Source: a bacterium (GTDB lineage: Bacteria; UBA8248; JACPRG01; G963555815). From it: 64,000 nt of DNA. The position numbers were made by a program, and so were the translations under genes. The notes beneath the pieces were generated by a model. That model had not been told where the DNA came from. It saw nothing but the letters and a program-made list of their open reading frames with translations, and did not search any database. Every line of letters starts with the position of its first letter. The first letter of the stretch is position 1. Positions 41,494 to 52,132 of this stretch are shown piece after piece. The stretch covers positions 896,001 through 960,000 of the forward strand of contig CAUVWX020000001.1 of NCBI GenBank assembly GCA_963555815.3, in the 5' to 3' direction.

Positions 41494-44400
41494 CTAGAGC
41501 ACCTCCCGGGCATCTCTCTGGCGCTTAAACGCCGCCTCACTCTCCCATCCGAACTTCGCAAACACAGCAGGGACGACAATCATATTGAGGACGGTGGACG
41601 TAAAGAGCCCGCCCAGGATGACGTAGGCCATTGGACTCTCCAGCTCCTTGCCGGCGGGCTCCCCGAGCACAAGCGGCAGCATCGCGAGCGCTGATGTCGC
41701 CGCTGTCATCAGAATTGGAGCAAGTCGGTCCTTGGAGCCCTCGATGATCACTTCCTCACGCGACTTACCTTCGGCTCGAAGGTTGCGGTAGTGACTGATC
41801 AGAATGATCCCATTTCGGGCCGCGATGCCGAACACTCCGATGAATCCGATAAGCGACGGCACACTCAAAACTTTCCCCGTCAGGTAAATCGCGACGATAC
41901 CTCCGATGAGCGCCAGGGGCAGATTCACGAGGACAATTAAGGATGCTCGCAGCGACCCGAAGGCCTTGAACAGGAGAAGGAAGATCGCGACCCCCGCCAG
42001 AATCCCATAGAATGTCAGAATTCGGGTGGCCTCCTGCTGACTCTTGAACTGGCCGCCATACTCGATGAAATAGCCAGCGGGTAGGCGGACGGTCTCTGCG
42101 ATTTCCTTTTGTGCCTCGGAGATCGTGCTTCCAAGGTCGCGCCCTTGAACGTTGGCCTGGACCGCAATTCGACGCTGTACCTTTTCACGGTTGATAAAGA
42201 AAGGACGCTCCTCAATCTCGACATCCGCCACAATCCGCAACGGAACTTTCTTCTTCTCAGACGTGTCAATCAGCAGGAAGTTCCGCATCGCATCCGAGTC
42301 CTTCCTGGATTCCTCATCAAACCAGACGAACAGCGGGAAGGATCGTTGTCCCTCGAAGACCTGTGAGACGACCTCCCCGTTGAACGCGATTTGTGCCGTC
42401 TCAAGGACGTCCCCTGGGTTGAGTCCCAGGCGCGCCGCCGCCTCACGGTTCACGACGATTCGCACCTCGGGGACGTCGATCTGCTGCTCCAGCTGAAGAT
42501 CTCGGATCCCCCGCACCTCGCGAAGGATAGACTCCACTTGTTGACCAAGGTCTCGCAGGACGTTCAGGTCGGGTCCATATACCTTGATCGCGACCTGCGC
42601 CCGTATGCCGGACAGCACTTCGTCGAGCCGGTGAGCGATAAACTGGCCGACGTTCACAGCAATCCCAGGCACCTTCCCCAAATCTTCCCTAATGACATGG
42701 ATCAGCTCCTCCGGGTCCCGATCGCCGTACTTCAGCGTAATGTCAAACTCACTGGAGCTTGGCGGCAGGGCGTCCTCGTCGATTTCTGCGCGGCCGGCGC
42801 GCTGCGCTACCGAGATGACCTCCGGGTGGCGACGGAGAAGCGTGGTGATTCGATTGCCGAGCCGTATGGACTCCTCAAGCGACGTCCCCGGCAGCGTGGT
42901 AACGGCGATGATGAAGTTTCCCTCCCGGAACTCTGGGAGAAACGAGCGCCCGAACAGAGGGGTGAGGGCAAGGCTGCTCAGCATCAGAACGAGAGCCAAG
43001 GCCATGACGACGGAGGGCCACCGAATGACCCGCCGAAGCAAGAATTCATAGCCCGCCTTCAGCCATTGGATGGTGATGCTCTCTCGCTCTGGACGCCCGC
43101 GACGGCGGACAAGGAGCAACGAACAGAGAACCGGCGTGAGCGTGATGGCCACAATCAACGATGCGAAAAGCGATGCCGTAAACGCGAGACCCAGCGGCGT
43201 GAAAATCCGTCCTTCCACACCGCGCAATAGAAAGATTGGCACAAAGACGATAATCACGATCCACGTGGCGTAAACGACAGAATCTCGGATCTCCCGAGAA
43301 GCTTGAAAGACGACCTGCAAGGGGGGGGCGGGCTCCGGCCGCTCTTGGTTCTCCCGAAGTCTGCGAACAATATTTTCGACATAGATGATGGCATCATCGA
43401 CCACCGCGCCAATTGCGATGGCCAATCCGCCAAGGGTCATCGCATTGATACTAATGCCGAAGAGGTGCAGCGTCGAAACCCCCAGGATCAGAGAAAGGGG
43501 CATCGCAACCAGGGTGATGATTGAGGCACGGACATTGAAGAGAAAGAAGACGATCACAACTGCGACGATGACTCCCGCCTCGGTGAGCGCCCGGCGCAGA
43601 TTCTTGATGGCGGATTCAATGAACGACGCTTGGCGGAAAACATCCGTATGTATCTGCACTCCCGGAGGCAGCGTTTCTGAAATCTGCCGAAGCGCCTCTT
43701 CGACCTGATAGGTCACGGTCAATGTGTCCCCGCCGAAGAGCTTGGAGACTGTGCCGATGACAGCCGGTTTTCCCATGTAACTCCCATCGCCACGCGGGAA
43801 CTCCGGGCCAAACTGGATGGTTGCGACCTGATTGAGCGTGATCGGCGTCCCTTGGCGTTCCATCACGACCGTCTGGCGGAGATCGTCGAGCGATCCGATC
43901 CGGCCAACTCCGGTGACAACGAGCTCCTGACCCTGGCGGACTTGGAAGCCACCTGGAACGTTGACATTGGCTTTCCGGATCGCGTCTGTCACGTCATTCA
44001 CCGTGATGCCATGCCTCCAGAGCCTTTCCGAAGACAGCAGCACCTGGTACTGCTTGACGCCACCGCCGATCGAGACCACCGAGGCGACCCCCGGAATCGC
44101 GAGGAGACGACGTGAGATGTCCCAATCTGAGATCGTGCGGAGCTCGAGGGGTGAAACCGTATCACTCACCAGGGCGTACTTCACCAGCCAGCCCACAGCC
44201 GACGTAATGGGGAGCATGATAGGCTGCTTGCTCGCCGGGGGGAGGGTTTCCATGACTTGCTGCAACCGTTCGCTCACAAGCTGGCGAGCCAGGTAGATGT
44301 CAGTGCCCAAGTCGAACACAACGGCCATGGTCGAGAGTCCCGCAGATGACTTGGATCGGATGACATCCACGCCCGGGGTGCCGTTGATGACGGTTTCGAT

Positions 44401-44604
44401 CGGGAACGTAATGAGACGCTCCACGTCCTCCGCGGTGAGGCCAGGTGCTTCGATCTGAACAACCACTTGGGGCGGGGCGAACTCGGGAAATACGTCTAAG
44501 CTCGCCGTTCGAAGGATGAGGACCCCGACGGCCAGGACGGCGACATAGACCGCCACGGTTAGCATTCGGTTTCGAAGTGCGATTCTAGTAATCCAATCGA
44601 GCAT
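41494..44604 (-). CDS. czcA: CzcA/CusA family heavy-metal RND permease
   Basis: DVFPEFAPPQV, GAVVDDAIIYVEN, GVEGRIFTPL, RLAPILMTA. Confidence 0.9.
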   Translation of the reverse strand: MLDWITRIALRNRMLTVAVYVAVLAVGVLILRTASLDVFPEFAPPQVVVQIEAPGLTAEDVERLITFPIETVINGTPGVDVIRSKSSAGLSTMAVVFDLGTDIYLARQLVSERLQQVMETLPPASKQPIMLPITSAVGWLVKYALVSDTVSPLELRTISDWDISRRLLAIPGVASVVSIGGGVKQYQVLLSSERLWRHGITVNDVTDAIRKANVNVPGGFQVRQGQELVVTGVGRIGSLDDLRQTVVMERQGTPITLNQVATIQFGPEFPRGDGSYMGKPAVIGTVSKLFGGDTLTVTYQVEEALRQISETLPPGVQIHTDVFRQASFIESAIKNLRRALTEAGVIVAVVIVFFLFNVRASIITLVAMPLSLILGVSTLHLFGISINAMTLGGLAIAIGAVVDDAIIYVENIVRRLRENQERPEPAPPLQVVFQASREIRDSVVYATWIVIIVFVPIFLLRGVEGRIFTPLGLAFTASLFASLIVAITLTPVLCSLLLVRRRGRPERESITIQWLKAGYEFLLRRVIRWPSVVMALALVLMLSSLALTPLFGRSFLPEFREGNFIIAVTTLPGTSLEESIRLGNRITTLLRRHPEVISVAQRAGRAEIDEDALPPSSSEFDITLKYGDRDPEELIHVIREDLGKVPGIAVNVGQFIAHRLDEVLSGIRAQVAIKVYGPDLNVLRDLGQQVESILREVRGIRDLQLEQQIDVPEVRIVVNREAAARLGLNPGDVLETAQIAFNGEVVSQVFEGQRSFPLFVWFDEESRKDSDAMRNFLLIDTSEKKKVPLRIVADVEIEERPFFINREKVQRRIAVQANVQGRDLGSTISEAQKEIAETVRLPAGYFIEYGGQFKSQQEATRILTFYGILAGVAIFLLLFKAFGSLRASLIVLVNLPLALIGGIVAIYLTGKVLSVPSLIGFIGVFGIAARNGIILISHYRNLRAEGKSREEVIIEGSKDRLAPILMTAATSALAMLPLVLGEPAGKELESPMAYVILGGLFTSTVLNMIVVPAVFAKFGWESEAAFKRQRDAREVL

Positions 44605-44622
44605 GGTTGCGTTCCTCGGATC

Positions 44623-46187
44623 TCAGAGATGCTGATGGCCGCCGACTGCGTCTCTCCCGGTCCGTATCTCCAGAAATATTGTGTACACTTGTCGTTTGCC
44701 CTCGGTGACGACACGATCGCCTTCTTTGAGTCCTCGTTTTATCTCGACGAACTCGTCATTGTGCACCCCTGTCACGACCCCCACACGGGCAAATCCGGCC
44801 CCTCGCTCAACGAACACGAACTCTTCGCTGTCCGCTGTGATCACCGAAGCGACCGGCACGGTGACGACGGAATCGCCACCCCCGACAACCACATTCAGCC
44901 GGGCGAACATATCGGGTTTAAGCGCGCCGTCGGGATTGGCGAATTCGGCCCACACGGTCACGGTTCGCTTTTCAGGATGGATAGCTGGATGGATGAACGT
45001 GAGAGTGGCCTCGAAGACCCGCTTCGGATACGCCTCGGTGGTCACCCGGACGCGTTGGCCGACCTGAAGCGACGCGAGGACGTCCTCAAAGGCATCGCCC
45101 TCGGCGATAACGGTCGAATCGTCAATGATCTTGAAGAGTGTGGTGTTGGTGTCGATGATCTGACCGAGGATTACCGGGCGTTCCACCACCACCCCGTCAA
45201 TCGGCGCCGGGATATGGAGGAGCGTCATCCCCTGCTCACCTTTCAATAGTACGATGGACTCGACTGTGAGCCCGAGGAGACGAAGCTGGAGGGTCACACC
45301 TTCGATCTCGTTCTGTGAAACTTGCGCCAGGAGCTCCATCTGGCGCTTCGCCCCGTCGATCTCATAATGAATGGCCTGTAGCTGGCTCTCCGCCACAATT
45401 AAATCTTTTCGGGCGCCGATGCCTTTCTCGACCAGTGCACGGAAGCGGTCGGCCTCCGCTTGAGCCGGGCGAAGCCTATTTTCCGCCTGGGCGAGATCCA
45501 GCTCGAGCTTGGACAGCTCGGTCTGGTATCGGCTCTCGGCCTGGATCAGGTCGATCGTGAGTCTCGCAACTTCGAGGCTCTGTACATCAATCAAGTCTTG
45601 TCCTCTCGTGACCCGGTCGCCAATCTTCGCGTGAATGGCCACGACCTTGCCTGGGCTTCTGCTGGTCACAAGCGCGACGCGATCGGGGTGCGCCTTGATC
45701 ACGCCTGGAAGCCGGTGGGTGTCTTCGAGCGGCTGCGTTACGGCCGGAACCGTCTTGAGGCCGATGTTTTCTCGTTCGACCGCGGTGAGTTGTACCAGGG
45801 AAGTGCCGTGGTCTTCTTCGGAAGATTCGTGGCCGTGTTCTTCTTCGACCGGAGGAGCCTCGTCGTCATGTTGGCCGTGTGAGCCCCGTTGTCGTGAGCC
45901 CCATTGTCGTGATCTTCCTCATCGGCTGCGGGCGTCTCGTGGCCGTGTTCTTCTTCGACCGGAGGAGCCTCGTCGTCATGTTCGTGAGCCCCATTGTCGT
46001 GATCTTCCTCATCGGCTGCGGGCGTCTCGTCGTCATGCTCGTGAGTCTCGTGCTCGTGTCCTTTCTCATCGGCCACGGGAGTCTCGTGTTTGTGGGTCTC
46101 CTGGTCGTGTTCTTTCTCATCGGCCAAAGATGCCGACGCCACGAAGAGGGTCATGACTATCAGAGCGATGATGCGCATGCGACTCAC
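44623..46187 (-). pseudogene. czcB: RND periplasmic adaptor (CzcB-like) with His/acidic N-terminal repeats; frameshift near 45875
   Basis: Signal plus His-rich N-part (45738-46187 frame) and adaptor C-part (44623 frame) join by a frame switch; span 1565 nt is not a multiple of 3. Confidence 0.8.
45831..46030 (-). repeat. Duplicated His/Glu/Asp-encoding blocks
   Basis: 45831-45872 = 45941-45982; 45896-45940 = 45986-46030. Confidence 0.85.
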
Positions 46188-46190
46188 CTC

Positions 46191-47456
46191 CTAAGGCCTG
46201 GTTCCCGTGGCCCGGAAGAGTTCAGCGGTCGCGACGTTCAGCGTCTCGACCGTATCCAGAAAGACCTCACGTGTTTCAAAGAGCTCGCGCTGGCTAACCA
46301 GTACGTCTGTCAGGCTGAACTGGCCAAGGCCGTATCCTTCCCGAAGCAACTGAAAATTCCTGTCCTGCTGGGCAAGGATCTTGGTAGTGAAGCTTTCCGT
46401 GATCTGCTGCGAAGCGAGAACCCGTTGGTGGGTGTCTGCGACCTCTTTCTCAATTCGAAGCCGGATCAGCTCAATTGCGGCCTCCCGCCGGCTGCGTTCC
46501 GCCATGGCTTGGTCGACCTCGCCTTGACGTCGGTTCAAGAGGGGCAATGGGAGCGAGAAGGTGAGCATTCCTGTGCGATCCACGCTGTCAAACTCGTTCT
46601 CCTCTTCATATTTGAAGCCGACCTTTAATGCCGGGAAGAGCCTCTCAGCCCTTACCAATTTGAGACCAACCTCGGCAGCCTGAAGATCCGCTCTCGCCGC
46701 GAGGAGATCAGGGCGCCCCTCGATGGCCGTCCTTTGGAAGGATGCCAAGTCGCCCTCGGGCAACGGGAGGACCATTGGGCCTTTCCCGCCAATCGGTTGA
46801 TCTGTGGGACGGCTGAGCAGCAATGCCAGATCGCGTTGCGCTACTCCCAGGTCTCGTTCCTGAGTCACCAGGCGATTCTCGGCCTCGCTCAGCGCCACCT
46901 CGGCACGGAACACATCGAGCTGTGGGACCTCGCCCGCCTCGGCTAAATTGACGGCGACCTCGCGCACGTCCGTCGCAAGTGCCACGACCTCTTGAGCCAG
47001 GGCGACACGCTCTTGGCCCACTAGGACGTTACTGAACGCTAAAAGAACATCGCCAATGACCTGCCTTTCAGCGTCTTTGACAAGAGCTTCAGTGCGATCC
47101 AGGCCCGCCTCAGCGACCTGGACACCGAGCCCTCGTTGGCCACGTAACAAAAAGACCTGGGAGAGTCCCACACCCTTCCCATTGATACCCTCACTCCCCC
47201 CCTCGTCGAGGCTGCTGCGCCCTGCGAAACCCTCCAGCTCGAGCTCGGGGTTAAACGGGTAGACCCGCGCCTGTCTGAGCGCCCCCCGTGCGATTCCAAC
47301 TGAAGTCCTTTCAACGGACAGTGTGGGATTTCGTGCCAGTGCCTCCTTCAGCGCCTGATCGAGGGTAAGGACGGTTTCCGTCTCCGCCGACGACACAGGC
47401 ACGAATCCAATGAAGATGGCAAAGATCGAACAGGCTATGAACGAACACCTAGACAT
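46191..47456 (-). CDS. czcC: TolC/CzcC family outer-membrane efflux protein
   Basis: ALARNP, NPELEL, RPDL, SLPLPLLNRRQGE. Confidence 0.88.
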   Translation of the reverse strand: MSRCSFIACSIFAIFIGFVPVSSAETETVLTLDQALKEALARNPTLSVERTSVGIARGALRQARVYPFNPELELEGFAGRSSLDEGGSEGINGKGVGLSQVFLLRGQRGLGVQVAEAGLDRTEALVKDAERQVIGDVLLAFSNVLVGQERVALAQEVVALATDVREVAVNLAEAGEVPQLDVFRAEVALSEAENRLVTQERDLGVAQRDLALLLSRPTDQPIGGKGPMVLPLPEGDLASFQRTAIEGRPDLLAARADLQAAEVGLKLVRAERLFPALKVGFKYEEENEFDSVDRTGMLTFSLPLPLLNRRQGEVDQAMAERSRREAAIELIRLRIEKEVADTHQRVLASQQITESFTTKILAQQDRNFQLLREGYGLGQFSLTDVLVSQRELFETREVFLDTVETLNVATAELFRATGTRP

Positions 47457-47533
47457 ACGCTTTCCTCATGATGGTGGAAGGGGTCGGCCCTAAAGAACTG
47501 AACGTGAAGCGAAACAGGACCTTGCGGGAGGGA

Positions 47534-47884
47534 TTACGTCCGCAGAACTCCGTTGATCAAGAAGAGGGGCGGGCGATGGGCCGGTTTCGATATCCGGTTT
47601 AGGGGAAGGGCGCTTGGGGCTGGGGTCGATCCGGGGGCAAATCCCGCTCCGGCGTTAAAGTCGCCGACTAGGAGATATTCAGGTGAGACTGCTTCGTCCG
47701 CGTCGCGCAAGGCGCGGCGCAACTCGTACCCATCGCGGGCGGTTTCCCCGAACCCATGGGACGCCTCGATGGGGTGCGTGTGCCAAGGTTCCGGCAGCAC
47801 GAAGTCATGCACAAGGAATAGCGCTACCGGGGCCAAAATGAGCACCAGGCGCAAGATAGAAGCACTACGATTCAGCACACGCAT
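47534..47884 (-). CDS. Small exported hypothetical protein heading the czc operon
   Basis: TM/signal helix followed by His residues; TTGACA-18-TAAATT just upstream (47923-47894). Confidence 0.5.
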   Translation of the reverse strand: MRVLNRSASILRLVLILAPVALFLVHDFVLPEPWHTHPIEASHGFGETARDGYELRRALRDADEAVSPEYLLVGDFNAGAGFAPGSTPAPSALPLNRISKPAHRPPLFLINGVLRT

Positions 47885-48136
47885 AGTGTAATAAATTTAC
47901 GCCCCCACTCTCATGCTTGTCAAGCAGGTTGGCCTGGACCCGACTTAAGGACGGGAGCTAGACCAGGAAATGGGCCCATCCTGGCAGCGATAGAGGCTTT
48001 CTCCAGGGCAGGCGGGGGAGCTTGGTAATCCTTGCCTTTCGCTCACCCTGCAGGACGTAGACCGGCCCACGAAGCCCGCAAAGAACCAGACGAGAGAGCC
48101 CTCGGATAATTCTTCCGCCGCCCTTAAACTTTTTTG

Positions 48137-48167
48137 TTGACCTTCCAGTTACTGGAAGGTCTAGATT
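48137..48167 (+). promoter_or_regulatory. MerR-type promoter with 19-bp spacer and CueR-like operator
   Basis: TTGACC-19-TAGATT; perfect 11-1-11 palindrome GACCTTCCAGT-T-ACTGGAAGGTC containing ACCTTCC-N7-GGAAGGT. Confidence 0.9.
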
Positions 48168-48193
48168 CCTGTGAGAGATGGAGGATGGCAGCT

Positions 48194-48688
48194 ATGAGCA
48201 CCGACGGACCTATGCGGATCGGGGACCTTGCCAGGGAAGTGGGGATCAACTCCAAGACGATCCGCTATTACGAGGAGATCGGTCTCCTCCCGAAGGCGAC
48301 CCGAAGTGAGGGAGGCTACCGCCTTTACGGGAGCGAGACTCTCGACCTCCTGAAATTCATCAAGAGGGCACAGGGTTTGGGACTCGCGCTTTCGGAGATC
48401 AAAGAGCTGGCCGGGATCCACGCCGCTGGCAATCTCCCATGCTCGCACTTGCGCGGCATGCTAGAGACCAAGGTGGCCGAGCTCGATGAGCAGATCCGAG
48501 AGATAAAGAGGCTTCGAAAGGAGATGAGCCGGATGCTGAGGGATTGGGACAATCAGGCGGAAGACGAGGGCGCTTCCGTTGTGTGTCCACACATTGAGGT
48601 AAGCGATATACGGCGGGGTTCAAGCTCCATCGGGGCGAGGGGTCCGAGGACTCGATTGAGGAGCCCTGGAAAGGGAAGGAAAGCATGA
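48194..48688 (+). CDS. MerR family heavy-metal-responsive regulator
   Basis: MRIGDLA..TIRYYEEIGLL..GYRLY..FIKRAQGLG; PCSH and CPHIE Cys motifs. Confidence 0.92.
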   Translation: MSTDGPMRIGDLAREVGINSKTIRYYEEIGLLPKATRSEGGYRLYGSETLDLLKFIKRAQGLGLALSEIKELAGIHAAGNLPCSHLRGMLETKVAELDEQIREIKRLRKEMSRMLRDWDNQAEDEGASVVCPHIEVSDIRRGSSSIGARGPRTRLRSPGKGRKA

Positions 48689-51105
48689 GCACGGAGACCA
48701 CAACCAGACCCGTGGAAAAGCTTCAGATGAAGATCGGGGGGATGCAATGCTCTTTCTGCGTGGGGAGCATTCACAAGGCCTACTCGCGGATGGACGGAGC
48801 GCACGACGTCGCCGTGAGCCTCTCCCATGAGGAGGCGCTGGTCCAGTACGACCCGGAGAAGGTCACCCCCACCCAGCTCAAGGATACCCTCACCAGCATC
48901 GGCTACACCGTCCGGGACCCCAAGAAGGTGGTCTCCTTCGAAGAGGAGAAGGCCGAGGTCCGCCAGCACCGGAACATGCTGCTGTGGGCGACTGGGTTTA
49001 TGGTCGCTTCCCTGGGTCTGATGAGCTCGATGTGGCTGGGCGTCCAGCAGCCCTGGTTCAAGTGGGCGATGCTCGGCCTTGCCCTGGGGATGATCTTCGG
49101 GGTGGGCTGGCCCATCTTGAAGATGGCCTGGGCCTCCTTCCGGCGGGGTATTCTGAACCAGCATGTCCTTATGGAGTTCGGCGCCTTCGGGGGCCTGGCA
49201 GGTGGCGCCTTCGGGTTCTTCACGAAGCCTTGGCCCATGGCCGACTTCATGGGGGCCGCGGTCTTCATCACTGCCTATCACGTCCTCTCGATGTACGTCT
49301 CTACCGTGCTCCGGAACAAGAGCTCCCAGGCCATCAAAAAACTGATGGACCTCCAGCCTCCAGTGGCCCGGGTCGTTCGGAACGGAAGGGAAGAAGAGGT
49401 GCCTGTTGAGGAGGTGCAGCCGGGTGAGTTGGTGCGGATTCGTCCCGGCGAGGGCATCCCAGTGGATGGAAAGGTGGTGGAAGGCCTCTCTGGAGTGGAC
49501 CAGAGTCTCGTGACGGGCGAGTCCATCCCTGTGGAGCGAACCGTTGGGGGTGAGGTCATCGGCGGCTCGGTAAACCAGACCGGCACCCTCCTGGTGACGG
49601 TCACCAAGGTGGGAGAGGAGAGCTTCCTCCAGCAGGTGGCGCACTCCATCCAGGAGGCCCGAGCGTTGAAGCCGGGAATCATGCAGCTGGTGGAACACGT
49701 ATTGAAGTGGTTCGTCCCAGGGGTCCTCATCGCTGCGGGGGTAGCATTCGTCGTCTGGACCCTGGGGGCCTGGCTGGTGGCTGGAGAGCCCAACTTCGGT
49801 CGGGCCGTCTTCGCCACCCTGGCGGTGCTGGTCATGGGTTATCCCTGTGCCCTTGGGATGGCCACCCCCCTGGCCATGATCCGGGGAGGGGGCATAGCGG
49901 CCCTGAAGGGGATCTTGATGCGAAGCGGCGAGGCCTTTCAGGTTTTCAAAGATGTCAAGAAAGTCATGCTGGACAAGACCGGCACCCTTACCCTGGGCAA
50001 GCCGCAGGTGGTCGCGGTTGCCCCCGCAGGCGATTACCAGGAAGACCGCATCCTGGCCCTGGGGGCGGCCGCTGAGAGTCTCTCGGAGCATCCCCTCGCC
50101 CGGGCCATTGTGGAGCGGGCGGGAGAGGGAGGCTTTCCCGAGGCTCAGGATTTCCAAGCCCTCCCTGGGCGGGGGATCCGGGCGAGCGTCGAGGGCAAAC
50201 AGGTCGTGGTTGGAAGCCCCCGCTTCCTCGCGGAAGAGGGTGTTGACCTGGCCCCGGTTCGGGAACGGTTGGAAGAGATGGAGAGCCAGGGTCGAACGGT
50301 GGTGGCCGTAGCTGAGGCTGGCAGGCTGGCAGGGTTGATCGCCATCGCCGACACCTTGAAGGTCGACGCTGAGGAGGCGGTCGCTCGGATGAAGGACGCC
50401 GGGCTCGAGCCAGTCATGGTTACCGGCGACAACTGGCGGACCGCAAACGCGGTCGCCACGCAGGTGGGGATCACCGAGGTCATGGCCGAGGTCCTCCCCG
50501 ATCAGAAGGCCGAGAAGGTTCGAGATCTTCAGCGGCAGGGAAACCGAGTCGTCATGGTAGGGGACGGAATGAACGACGCCCGGGCCCTGATGCAGGCGGA
50601 CGTGGGGATCGCCATCGGAGCGGGGACGGACATCGCCATCGAGTCGGCCGACGTCGTCCTGATCGGTGACCGGCTGGGCGGCGTCGTGGACGCTTATTAC
50701 ATAGGCAAGAACAGCTTCCGAAAGACATTCCAGAACGCAACACTGGCCTTTGTCTTCAACGGCGTTGGCGTCCCATTGGCGATCACGGGACTTGTCCACC
50801 CAGTGATGGCCATGGCGGCTATGGCGGCGAGTGTCACCACCGTGCTCCTGAACTCGTTCGGCGGAAAGCTCATTCCAGCGGCCCGGCGCAAGGCTTCTGA
50901 GGCACTGGAGGAAACAACCCTAACGGTTCCCACCATCCACTGCGAGGGTTGTGTCAGGACCATCCGAGAGGCCCTGACCCAGCGGGGAGCCCTCAAGGTC
51001 AGTGGAGACCCCCGGGAGAAGATCGTGAGGGTGAGGTATCCCAAGGGGGTGCTGGACGAAGAGGCCATCCGCCAGGAGATCTGCAGGGCAGGGTTCGTCG
51101 TGTGA
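48685..51105 (+). CDS. P1B-type heavy-metal ATPase with N- and C-terminal HMA domains
   Basis: GMQCSFC, TGES, YPCALG, DKTGT, SEHP, GDGMND, IHCEGC. Confidence 0.92.
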   Translation: MSTETTTRPVEKLQMKIGGMQCSFCVGSIHKAYSRMDGAHDVAVSLSHEEALVQYDPEKVTPTQLKDTLTSIGYTVRDPKKVVSFEEEKAEVRQHRNMLLWATGFMVASLGLMSSMWLGVQQPWFKWAMLGLALGMIFGVGWPILKMAWASFRRGILNQHVLMEFGAFGGLAGGAFGFFTKPWPMADFMGAAVFITAYHVLSMYVSTVLRNKSSQAIKKLMDLQPPVARVVRNGREEEVPVEEVQPGELVRIRPGEGIPVDGKVVEGLSGVDQSLVTGESIPVERTVGGEVIGGSVNQTGTLLVTVTKVGEESFLQQVAHSIQEARALKPGIMQLVEHVLKWFVPGVLIAAGVAFVVWTLGAWLVAGEPNFGRAVFATLAVLVMGYPCALGMATPLAMIRGGGIAALKGILMRSGEAFQVFKDVKKVMLDKTGTLTLGKPQVVAVAPAGDYQEDRILALGAAAESLSEHPLARAIVERAGEGGFPEAQDFQALPGRGIRASVEGKQVVVGSPRFLAEEGVDLAPVRERLEEMESQGRTVVAVAEAGRLAGLIAIADTLKVDAEEAVARMKDAGLEPVMVTGDNWRTANAVATQVGITEVMAEVLPDQKAEKVRDLQRQGNRVVMVGDGMNDARALMQADVGIAIGAGTDIAIESADVVLIGDRLGGVVDAYYIGKNSFRKTFQNATLAFVFNGVGVPLAITGLVHPVMAMAAMAASVTTVLLNSFGGKLIPAARRKASEALEETTLTVPTIHCEGCVRTIREALTQRGALKVSGDPREKIVRVRYPKGVLDEEAIRQEICRAGFVV

Positions 51106-51166
51106 GGCATGTTTAAAAGAAACGGAGAAAAATTCGGCCGCAAATTTGCCGAAAGGAGGGTCAGTC

Positions 51167-51688
51167 ATGCGAAAATCTATGTTCATTGTTGTAGCTTTTC
51201 TCACCGTGGTGCTTCACGCCGGAGGAGTGACAGCCCAGCAAATGATGAGATCTGCGGACGCGCCCGTGGTGCCGCCAGTGGCAGGCTTCAGCGAAGGGGA
51301 GAAGATCCTGTTTCTGCACACGGAAACCTCGGATCCCGAGATAGCCAAGGTCCTCACCGACATGATGGGATCGCCCGTCTTAGTGGTGCCGTCGCTAGCC
51401 AAAGCACCAAAAGAGATGCTCGCCCAGGTGTACGTTTTTACAAACGGCGTCAAGGGGATGGGTCCATTAGGGTTCCAGCCAGACGTTTTTGACAGCCCGC
51501 CCGGAAAGCCAAGCTACACTCCACTTCGGACGGTCGTCTTGGTGACCTGGAAAGACGAGTCTAGCGCCCGCATTCTGAAATCTGCGGCGGAGGTGCAGGG
51601 AGCCTTGAAAAACAGAGAGGCCACGATCGAGGAGCCCGGTGTGGTGGTGAACATGCCGATGGTCACCTGGCCTGGAGGGAAACGTTAG
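51167..51688 (+). CDS. Exported Met-rich hypothetical protein
   Basis: AAGGAGG RBS; signal peptide; GPLGFQPDVFDSPPG..YTPL, VVNMP. Confidence 0.7.
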   Translation: MRKSMFIVVAFLTVVLHAGGVTAQQMMRSADAPVVPPVAGFSEGEKILFLHTETSDPEIAKVLTDMMGSPVLVVPSLAKAPKEMLAQVYVFTNGVKGMGPLGFQPDVFDSPPGKPSYTPLRTVVLVTWKDESSARILKSAAEVQGALKNREATIEEPGVVVNMPMVTWPGGKR

Positions 51689-51859
51689 CACGAGGGTTCA
51701 TGGAGGAAGACCGGAGGGGCAGCATACGGCCTGATAGGCCCGCAGAGGCACCCACAGGCCCCAGGAGCCGTAGAAGCCCCACCCCCAACCCCCTTTCCAC
51801 CCCCAAAAATTGGCGGCGGGCTATCCCTACGTTAGAACCCACACGAACAACTTGGTGAA

Positions 51860-52132
51860 ATGTCAGAATTGACGGCGAATCCCTCTCTTACCGGCACCTT
51901 GGTTCTGTGGATTAAGAATCCACCGCACCCCGTTACCTGCCCAGTTATGCCGGGGCTTTTGAACGTGGCGAAAAAGCTTAGAGAAGCCTGGCGGGAGGCA
52001 AAGATGGACATCAGGGCATATCTAGAGAACACGACTGCGCAAGGGGTCAAGCCTACGTCGGACAAGGGTGTCATTCGGGAAGAAATTCTGGTGAGTCTGA
52101 ACGGGCGCAGGATCTCCGGTGAAAATGAGTGA
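51860..52132 (+). CDS. Hypothetical protein
   Basis: 90-aa ORF overlapping the start of the next gene. Confidence 0.45.
   Translation: MSELTANPSLTGTLVLWIKNPPHPVTCPVMPGLLNVAKKLREAWREAKMDIRAYLENTTAQGVKPTSDKGVIREEILVSLNGRRISGENE

Noticed and set aside
48553..50799. 748-aa antisense ORF opposite the P-type ATPase
   Set aside because: Shadow ORF typical of GC-rich coding sequence; no recognisable motifs, and the sense gene is well supported
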